64,000 nt of DNA from an uncultured virus (IMG/VR IMGVR_UViG_3300033144_007571). Lineage: Duplodnaviria > Heunggongvirae > Uroviricota > Caudoviricetes. How positions within the stretch are numbered: position 1 is the first letter of the stretch; each line of letters opens with the position of its first letter. The stretch lies in the IMG/VR virus record IMGVR_UViG_3300033144_007571; one strand, 5' to 3'. The position numbers and the translations under genes are program-made. The notes under the pieces were generated by a model, which was not told the DNA's origin, did not search any database, and saw only the letters and a program-made list of their open reading frames with translations. Positions 57,782 to 64,000 of this stretch are shown here, piece by piece.

Positions 57782-58485
57782 TGAAAATTTTAGTTATTGG
57801 TTTTCCTAGAAGTGGAACGACTCTAATGTATAGGACAATCAGAAGACATCCACAAATGGATAAAATGTTATTTGAAACAAATATGATGAAATTAATAGGA
57901 ACTCAAAGAGAAAGTAGATTAAATTTAGTATTCCCAAAAGGAAAAAATATTGGAGAAAAAGTTATTTATGAAAGAGAGATAATGGGAAAGAAACGTAGTA
58001 ATGCTCCAACCCCATTTGAATATTGTAAGAGATGGAATAAAATGTTTAAGAAAGAAGCCAGAATCATTCAAATTATAAGACACCCTTATGATGTTTGGAA
58101 CTCTCTTTTAATAAAAAAATATGTACGAAGAGATATAAAATATGCTATCATTAAAATGGAGGAAAGATACTTTAATTTTGTCCCTACTTATTTTACTGCG
58201 ATTGATAGATTCAAAAATTGTTTGACTATCAAATATGAAGATATAGTATCAAACCCAGAGATTGTTATTCCAAAAATTTATAAGCATTGTGGATTGGACC
58301 CAAAACACTTCCCTAAAGAAGAAATGAGATCATCAAGACTTTTTGCTTATAAAAGAAAGGGATTTAGAATTAATGAACCAAGATTGAGAGGTCAAAGAAA
58401 TAAATTTGTGAAAATAATGAATAAGAATATTGATGAGTGTTTAGAAATACTTAATCAGTTTCCTGGTCCGGAGTATGAGAAGTGA
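57781..58485 (+). CDS. Sulfotransferase (Sulfotransfer_3-like)
   Basis: IGFPRSGTT, IIRHPYDVWNS, IKYEDIV. Confidence 0.85.
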   Translation: MKILVIGFPRSGTTLMYRTIRRHPQMDKMLFETNMMKLIGTQRESRLNLVFPKGKNIGEKVIYEREIMGKKRSNAPTPFEYCKRWNKMFKKEARIIQIIRHPYDVWNSLLIKKYVRRDIKYAIIKMEERYFNFVPTYFTAIDRFKNCLTIKYEDIVSNPEIVIPKIYKHCGLDPKHFPKEEMRSSRLFAYKRKGFRINEPRLRGQRNKFVKIMNKNIDECLEILNQFPGPEYEK

Positions 58486-59171
58486 GAGTTATAAATACTA
58501 TAGAAAAAGGACCGTGGTATCGGTATGATTTTTCTGAAAAAAGTGATCATCTAATTATTGGTTTTGGAAGTATTAGAATGTTTAATCGTCAAAAGAAAAG
58601 GGGTTTTGAATGGGATAATTTGTTAAAATATAAATTTGGTCATTTAAAGTTCAATAGTCTATTTGTTGGAGATGTAAATAACTCTTGGTGGCATACAGAT
58701 TATGAAGGGTTGCCAGGATATGGTCCTCTTGTTCTAAGAGATTTTCTTTTAAGAAAGATAAAAGAGTCGGGTGCAACGAAAACTTTATGTTTGGGTGTGT
58801 CAATGGGAGGTTATGGAGCAATACTTTTTGGGTGTTTAACTGGAGCAACACAAACTATGTCATTTTCACCACAGACCAACTTGTCGGAAGGAAGAAGAAG
58901 GAGGTCTTTAAGTAGAAAATTTGATGGTTTTGATGTTGATGAAAGGTTCACGGATTTACAAAGAGTACTTTTAGAACAAAATAATAATAAAACTATTTAT
59001 AAAATATGGTATGGAAGTCTAAATGGAAATGACAAGAATGCTGCAAATAGAATTTCTAAAGATAAGAACGTTTTCATATATCCTGTTAAGACTAGGAAAC
59101 ACAATCCAATAAAGCTTGTTTTAAAGTCAGGTGTTTTTAAGAAAGAAATAGAGAGTTTTATTAGGGGGTAA
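58482..59171 (+). CDS. Alpha/beta-hydrolase-fold protein
   Basis: GVSMGGYGA nucleophile elbow, FSPQT. Confidence 0.75.
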   Translation: MRVINTIEKGPWYRYDFSEKSDHLIIGFGSIRMFNRQKKRGFEWDNLLKYKFGHLKFNSLFVGDVNNSWWHTDYEGLPGYGPLVLRDFLLRKIKESGATKTLCLGVSMGGYGAILFGCLTGATQTMSFSPQTNLSEGRRRRSLSRKFDGFDVDERFTDLQRVLLEQNNNKTIYKIWYGSLNGNDKNAANRISKDKNVFIYPVKTRKHNPIKLVLKSGVFKKEIESFIRG

Positions 59172-59173
59172 CT

Positions 59174-59494
59174 ATGGGGTGTACAGAGAATAAAGGAATA
59201 TGGAGATGTGATGATTGGGTCGACGCATGGGATTTATCTAAATTTTATGGATGTACTGAATCTCCTAATATTGTAATTGATTTTGATAATATTGATTGTG
59301 ATGGAGGAACAACCCTAGCAGAAGTAAATCGAAATGGTGAAAGATTTTGGACTAGAGTTATTGATTGTCCTAGATGTGAAGTAATTGTAGCAATTGTAAT
59401 ATGTGATTTGGTTTTTGACCATCCATTTTCAAAGGGAGATAGAGTACAATATGAACTAAGGAATGTTTATAATATTAGAACAATTGGAGAATAA
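59174..59494 (+). CDS. Cys/Asp-rich hypothetical protein
   Basis: 106 aa. Confidence 0.55.
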   Translation: MGCTENKGIWRCDDWVDAWDLSKFYGCTESPNIVIDFDNIDCDGGTTLAEVNRNGERFWTRVIDCPRCEVIVAIVICDLVFDHPFSKGDRVQYELRNVYNIRTIGE

Positions 59495-59497
59495 AAA

Positions 59498-59872
59498 ATG
59501 GTATATTGGTTCACGGGAAAATCTAGTTCAGGAAAAACTGTATATGCTAAAAGACTTAAAAGAGAATTTGAAATGTCTGGTAAAACAGTTCTTCTTTTGG
59601 ATGGAGATGAGGTAAGAGATATATTTAAAAATGATAAGTATGAGGACGACGCAAGAGAGGCTCATATTATGAGGATTGCTGGGTTTGCTTCAATCGCAGA
59701 GAAACAAGGAATCACAGTTATAATTTCATTAGTATCTCCAAAAAAAGAGTGGAGAATGAAGGCAAGAAAAATGTTTGAAAAATCAATGCTTATTTATATG
59801 CCAGGTGGCTTCTTATGGGAGGGATCTACATATGAGGAACCTGACCATGAGGAAATGATGTGTGAGGGGTAA
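59498..59872 (+). CDS. cysC: Adenylylsulfate (APS) kinase, shortened
   Basis: WFTGKSSSGKT, LLDGDEVR, IISLVSP, YEEP. Confidence 0.8.
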   Translation: MVYWFTGKSSSGKTVYAKRLKREFEMSGKTVLLLDGDEVRDIFKNDKYEDDAREAHIMRIAGFASIAEKQGITVIISLVSPKKEWRMKARKMFEKSMLIYMPGGFLWEGSTYEEPDHEEMMCEG

Positions 59873-59876
59873 TAAC

Positions 59877-60152
59877 ATGGAAGAAAATAATACAGATACA
59901 AATTTACCACAACCAAATATGACAGTTAGATGGACTAATCGTAGAAGAATGGCATGGACAGCATTAGTTTCTATGATACTTGTTACAATATTGATTCTTT
60001 TTACAGATCTGGTACCTGATACTCGTTTAAAAATTCTTAGTGAAGTTATAACGTGGTTTTATTTTTGTTCAGTTTCTGTTGTTGGAGCATATATGGGGCT
60101 TACAACATATGCGAGTGTGAAGGGTCTAAGGGAGGAAAAATATCGTGCTTGA
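59877..60152 (+). CDS. 2-TM protein, possible holin (start revised)
   Basis: RRRMAWTAL plus two TM helices, VVGAYMG. Confidence 0.5.
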   Translation: MEENNTDTNLPQPNMTVRWTNRRRMAWTALVSMILVTILILFTDLVPDTRLKILSEVITWFYFCSVSVVGAYMGLTTYASVKGLREEKYRA

Positions 60153-60681
60153 CTCATATTTAGATTATATACAGGAAGGTTATATAATTAGTGACAAGAC
60201 TGTATCGGTAAACTTAGATGAGTTCGAGAATGGAACGAAAAATAAACTTCTTATTGTAGGGGTCTTAGGATCAGGTAAGACATCATTAGCAGAGTATATA
60301 GCAAAGAAATATAATGTACCCCTTATAAGTGATGCGTCAGATATAATAATAAAATCATTAAAAGATTCTAAAAGAAATATAATAGAAGGATCCCAAATTG
60401 CACGGTTATATAAAGATAATCCTAGCTACAGAAAATTTATACTTAATGAACCAATGATCATAATAGGAATGTCAGCAATAAGAGCTGGTTTAAGGGCTGA
60501 TAAACGAGATGGAACAACTATTACTGGTGCAAAGAATTGGAAAGATATACATCACTTTGTTAGAGTAAATATTAAAAAAACTCAAGGATATCTTAACTTT
60601 TTAAGAGAAGATGTTATGAAAATTCCTAGTGCTAAAATAAAAGAATATAAGATCCCTAAATTTAAAACAGTTCGATATTAA
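60145..60681 (+). CDS. P-loop nucleoside/nucleotide kinase-like protein
   Basis: IVGVLGSGKTS, IIEG; LDSYLDYIQEG leader. Confidence 0.7.
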   Translation: MLDSYLDYIQEGYIISDKTVSVNLDEFENGTKNKLLIVGVLGSGKTSLAEYIAKKYNVPLISDASDIIIKSLKDSKRNIIEGSQIARLYKDNPSYRKFILNEPMIIIGMSAIRAGLRADKRDGTTITGAKNWKDIHHFVRVNIKKTQGYLNFLREDVMKIPSAKIKEYKIPKFKTVRY

Positions 60682-60693
60682 ATGGAGACTAAT

Positions 60694-60852
60694 ATGGAAA
60701 TTTTAAAAGTAACAGAGAATAAAGATGGAAGCGCAGAAGTAAATATGAATCTAACTACAGAAGAAAATAGACTATTAATAGAATATGCAGTTAATGATCT
60801 TCTGAGGAAATGCTGCATTAAAGGGATGGAGAAAGAAAATGTCAAGACCTGA
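60694..60852 (+). CDS. Small hypothetical protein (52 aa, not in track)
   Basis: GGAG SD; MEILKVTENKDGSAEVNMNL... Confidence 0.55.
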   Translation: MEILKVTENKDGSAEVNMNLTTEENRLLIEYAVNDLLRKCCIKGMEKENVKT

Positions 60853-61534
60853 AAATCCAGAAACAATTGTAATAAAAAATAAGTATTACCCAAAGGGTGT
60901 TAGGGAAATTGACGTTTGGAATTATTATCAGAAAGTTAAATCAAAAATGCTAAATGAAACAAAAAATAGAGATTTAATGTTTATGATTATGGTAGATGTC
61001 AATAAACCCATTATTAGAAGAAAACTTTACGATAAATTTATTAGATTAACTCCACAAAATTATGATACACTTATTACAGGTAGAACAGTTGCTATTTATT
61101 CTGCTATGGGAGCAACGGAAAGTATAGGAATCATAGATATTGACATTAATCCATCTGATGGAATCCGATGGGCAAATCAAGCAGCATTTGATGTATATGA
61201 CTATGTAATGGATAGTGTTCCTCTTATTCGTAGCGCTTCTATTCGGTTTACAGGAAAAACTTCATATCATATTATATGTGATTTTCAAAGGAAAATGAAA
61301 ATTGATGTTATTCGATTTCTGCTTAAAAAATTTTTAGGTGATTCAAAGTTAACAAATAAATATACAATACAATCTAAGAGAAGAGCAGGAGTTCCGAATT
61401 TAGATCTTGCTCCAAATAAATTTAGGGGAAATTATATAACACTCCATTCTCTTTCTATATTAGGACTACAATGTATGGACGTTCCATATAATAAAATATT
61501 AAGATTTGATCCAAATTATGCTAGGATTAAATAG
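60839..61534 (+). CDS. LigD-polymerase-like AEP primase/polymerase
   Basis: IDVWNYYQKV, IIDID (motif I), FTGKTSYHI (motif II), NLD (motif III). Confidence 0.75.
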   Translation: MSRPENPETIVIKNKYYPKGVREIDVWNYYQKVKSKMLNETKNRDLMFMIMVDVNKPIIRRKLYDKFIRLTPQNYDTLITGRTVAIYSAMGATESIGIIDIDINPSDGIRWANQAAFDVYDYVMDSVPLIRSASIRFTGKTSYHIICDFQRKMKIDVIRFLLKKFLGDSKLTNKYTIQSKRRAGVPNLDLAPNKFRGNYITLHSLSILGLQCMDVPYNKILRFDPNYARIK

Positions 61535-61545
61535 GAGTAAAAATA

Positions 61546-62400
61546 ATGGATATTAGAGAACCAGATGTTATGCATTTTAATTTAAATTATATGAAAGACC
61601 CAACAGATAGAAGAGATTTTGCATTTACAAAATCGTTATCAAAGAAAAAATTAAAAAGAGCTTTACGAAGAGCTCCAAGAAGGTTAGATCATTCTTTAAA
61701 TATGAGTCCTGTGAAAAATCAAGGTCGGTTAGGGTCTTGTGTTGGATTTGCTGCTTCTGCAATGAAAGAATGGCAAGAGCAAGTTGAGCATTTGAAGGAA
61801 GTGGAAAAAGGGAAGAAAAATCATAGAGACGACAAATATTATGATCTTTCTGAAGCATGGATATATTGGATGTGTAAGAAAATTGATCCCTGGCCAAATT
61901 CTGAGGGAACTTCAATTAGATGCGCTATGAAAGTCCTTAGAAAATTGGGTGTCCCTTGTGAGAAAGCATGGCCATACAGTGATAGAGTTTATGGTCATCC
62001 AAAAAAATGGGCAAGGCTCGTTGCTCGTTGGTCACTGATTCATAGTTATTGGAGAGTGAATAATTTAAAGGAGCTTCGACTAGCTCTTTTAAAAGGTCCA
62101 GTTGTTATTGGAATTGGGTGTTATGAAGAGATATTCAATGTTGGAAAAAATGGAGTTGTTAAAGATCCCGCTAATCCTAATTATTGTTATGGAGGGCATG
62201 CTATTTGTGCTGTAGGATATGATAATAAAAGAAAAAGAATTAAGTTTAAAAATAGTTGGGGAAAATCCTGGGGTCAAGATGGGTATGGCTATTTAAGCTA
62301 CAGATATATAAAAAAATATATGTGGGATGCTTGGACTTGTAAAGATTTGAGTGTGACAAAAAAGATGCTGAAAAGAACTAAAAAATTGATTGGAGTATAA
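61546..62400 (+). CDS. Papain-like C1 cysteine peptidase
   Basis: KNQGRLGSCVGFA, GGHAICAVGY, FKNSWG..WGQDGY. Confidence 0.9.
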   Translation: MDIREPDVMHFNLNYMKDPTDRRDFAFTKSLSKKKLKRALRRAPRRLDHSLNMSPVKNQGRLGSCVGFAASAMKEWQEQVEHLKEVEKGKKNHRDDKYYDLSEAWIYWMCKKIDPWPNSEGTSIRCAMKVLRKLGVPCEKAWPYSDRVYGHPKKWARLVARWSLIHSYWRVNNLKELRLALLKGPVVIGIGCYEEIFNVGKNGVVKDPANPNYCYGGHAICAVGYDNKRKRIKFKNSWGKSWGQDGYGYLSYRYIKKYMWDAWTCKDLSVTKKMLKRTKKLIGV

Positions 62401-62581
62401 ATGGATATAATAAAGGTATGTTTTAAGCTAATTGGACTAACATTTAAACTGATATTTTTAATGTTTATGCGCGATTTCTTTTCTCTTTGTATCCAAATAT
62501 ATGATGCGTTTTATCGGATTTTTCAAATAAAAAGGACATAAAGGAACAAAAAAATAATAGGATATTAAGAAGATTGTTATT

Positions 62582-62612
62582 AAAAAAAGATCCTTTGTAA
62601 TGGATCCCTTTT
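62582..62612 (-). terminator. Intrinsic terminator
   Basis: GGGATCC-ATTACAAA-GGATC-TTTTTTT. Confidence 0.7.
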
Positions 62613-62651
62613 GCATAGATTCTGTTCCCAAGCTCTATGCTGCTCGGAGGC

Positions 62652-62804
62652 TTACTCGGCCGGGTCAGGATCTGAAATCCAAGTCCAAAGACGAGGTTCC
62701 CGTTCCTGCTGTCGTTTTTCACAACAGGTGGCTGGACTATTAGGATCAACCACTTTGTCGCAAAATTGACACCGGGTTACGAATTGATTGTTAGAGTATG
62801 TCAT
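62652..62804 (-). CDS. Small Cys-rich protein (50 aa, not in track)
   Basis: AAGGAGGA SD; MTYSNNQFVTRCQFCDKVVDPNSPATCCEKRQQEREPRLWTWISDPDPAE. Confidence 0.65.
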   Translation of the reverse strand: MTYSNNQFVTRCQFCDKVVDPNSPATCCEKRQQEREPRLWTWISDPDPAE

Positions 62805-62859
62805 ATTTTATATCCTCCTTAGGTTTAGGTTAATATATGTATGAAGTCCTATGAAAACT

Positions 62860-63145
62860 GCTCATTTGTTCAGGGATCCCCTAACCTGAGTTGACTATTT
62901 CTCTGGGAATTATTTGGGTGTTCCTTTTGGCATAGTCTTGCCTCACCATCCTTTAACGCGGATTGGTTTTCGGCCACGTTGCTGTAGACTTCCATATCTA
63001 CACAGTGTGACACCCTGTTAATTGTGGGAACCTTAACGTACCTCCCACTGGACGCCCTATGAACTACACAAGGAAACTAACCGCACCGACATAGGGTTCA
63101 GTGTTTTGGTTAGCTAAAGGATTTATCAATAATCCCTTTATTCAT
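62860..63145 (-). ncRNA. Putative large structured RNA or 5' leader with pseudoknot
   Basis: GC-richer noncoding stretch with 8 or more helices; several G-U pairs form only on the minus strand. Confidence 0.6.
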
Positions 63146-63149
63146 ATTA

Positions 63150-63163
63150 ATTAATATATATAG
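63150..63163 (-). promoter_or_regulatory. Motif A (copy 4), directly upstream of the structured RNA
   Basis: Exact CTATATATATTAAT. Confidence 0.65.
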
Positions 63164-63177
63164 AATGGAGTTTTATA

Positions 63178-64000
63178 ATGAGAAATTTTTGGTTATTTAG
63201 ATCTAATATAAAACATTTAGAATATTATCATGAGTATAAAACTTTACAAGAATTTGAAATGAATTGTCATGATTATTATATGTTGCTACCATTATGGTTA
63301 TTGAAAAATGGCTATTTTGATAAAGTTATCATTTGGAGATTATCTAAAGGTACCCACCCTGATATAAAATTCGACATTGATGGAAAATATTATATTCAGA
63401 GATGGGTTCGAAATTTTAAAGATACATTTGATTATCCTAAACCAGAAATCTCATTTTTTAGAGGAGGTTTTAGCGAATATGATGCTGTTACAAAACAGAA
63501 TCCAAAACACTATGGACTCAAGTTATATCTTGGAGCCGGAAGAAGAATAATACCGCAGTGGGGTGGGAATTATGATGTGTATTTAATGGAAGATGAAAGA
63601 GATTTTATAAGAGGACAAAAATGTGGTCCATTTTATAAAACAGCTTCTCCTTATATTTTTCATCCAATCCCAGATTCGAAGATTAAATATGATATTTGTT
63701 GGCCAGCAAATTTTGAACAGATAAGACATAAAGGACATGAGTTCTTTATTAAAATTGTATCTTCTAGTTCTTTTCTAAAAAAATTAAAAATAGTTCATTG
63801 TGGTAACAAACCAGGTGTTGGAAAAAAATTATGTGAAAAATATAATGTAGATAATATAAAATTTATGGGACCAGTTGATAGACCTATTTTAAATAAAATT
63901 CTTAATCAAAGTAAATTTGGCCTGAATGTTAGTAATTTACAAGATGGATGCCCAAGAGTTTCTACTGAAGTTTTAATGTCCGGAACACCCTTAATACTTA
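63178..64000 (+). CDS. GT-B (GT4-like) glycosyltransferase, partial (runs off the right end)
   Basis: Not in track; MRNFWLFRSN...; ends DGCPRVSTEVLMSGTPLIL. Confidence 0.75.
   Translation, partial: MRNFWLFRSNIKHLEYYHEYKTLQEFEMNCHDYYMLLPLWLLKNGYFDKVIIWRLSKGTHPDIKFDIDGKYYIQRWVRNFKDTFDYPKPEISFFRGGFSEYDAVTKQNPKHYGLKLYLGAGRRIIPQWGGNYDVYLMEDERDFIRGQKCGPFYKTASPYIFHPIPDSKIKYDICWPANFEQIRHKGHEFFIKIVSSSSFLKKLKIVHCGNKPGVGKKLCEKYNVDNIKFMGPVDRPILNKILNQSKFGLNVSNLQDGCPRVSTEVLMSGTPLIL

Noticed and set aside
38639..62277. Short minus-strand track ORFs in the right arm (e.g. 38639, 43347, 47755, 53870, 61625)
   Set aside because: Antisense shadows of motif-bearing plus-strand genes
62401..62541. Possible 46-aa hydrophobic plus-strand ORF after the peptidase
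   Set aside because: Has a GGAG upstream but no other support; left uncalled
62613..62670. tmRNA-like tag (VSLRAA-stop inside a hairpin)
   Set aside because: No tRNA-like acceptor or T arm and no CCA end found; likely chance
62465..62749. Track ORF of 94 aa
   Set aside because: TTG start without SD and runs through a terminator; the SD-led ORF 62652..62804 in another frame is better supported
1..64000. Genome-wide stop-codon reassignment
   Set aside because: TGA and TAG end many genes with clean overlaps (ATGA, GTGA), and long ORFs are intact in code 11, so the UGA at 43549 is site-specific
1..64000. tRNA/rRNA genes, integrase, transposase, reverse transcriptase
   Set aside because: None recognised by eye; tRNAscan-SE and HMM searches would be needed to exclude them

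Overview
AT-rich, densely coding 64-kb segment of a large (jumbo-type) contractile-tailed dsDNA bacteriophage, distantly T4-like. About 1-35.8 kb is encoded almost entirely on the minus strand. It holds exported proteins, an amidase, PAAR/gp5/gp53-like baseplate genes, a paralogous family of probable head proteins with C-terminal membrane helices, a Cas4-like nuclease, KhpA, UvsX/RecA, a class II RNR, a queuosine-salvage hydrolase, a LigD phosphoesterase, RuvC, a neck protein, a 5'-3' exonuclease, sliding clamp and clamp loader, a primase-like protein, a Dda helicase and a lytic transglycosylase. From about 35.9 kb genes are on the plus strand: a candidate origin, NUDIX, an actin-like ATPase, a ~16-kb glycan cluster (glycosyltransferases, three sulfotransferases, methyltransferases, UDP-sulfoquinovose synthase SqdB, APS kinase), a LigD-type polymerase and a papain-like protease. 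The most interesting observations are: (i) an in-frame UGA at a Cys-motif position followed by a SECIS-like hairpin, suggesting a phage selenoprotein; (ii) a sulfation/sulfonation glycan pathway that would draw on APS and sulfite, with a PxxKW protein pointing to a Desulfobacterota host; (iii) a ~300-nt pseudoknotted RNA with its own promoter motif; (iv) two recurrent promoter motifs; (v) three local frame lesions. All assignments come from motif reading by eye; no searches were run. Several start coordinates were adjusted from the ORF track using SD and overlap evidence.
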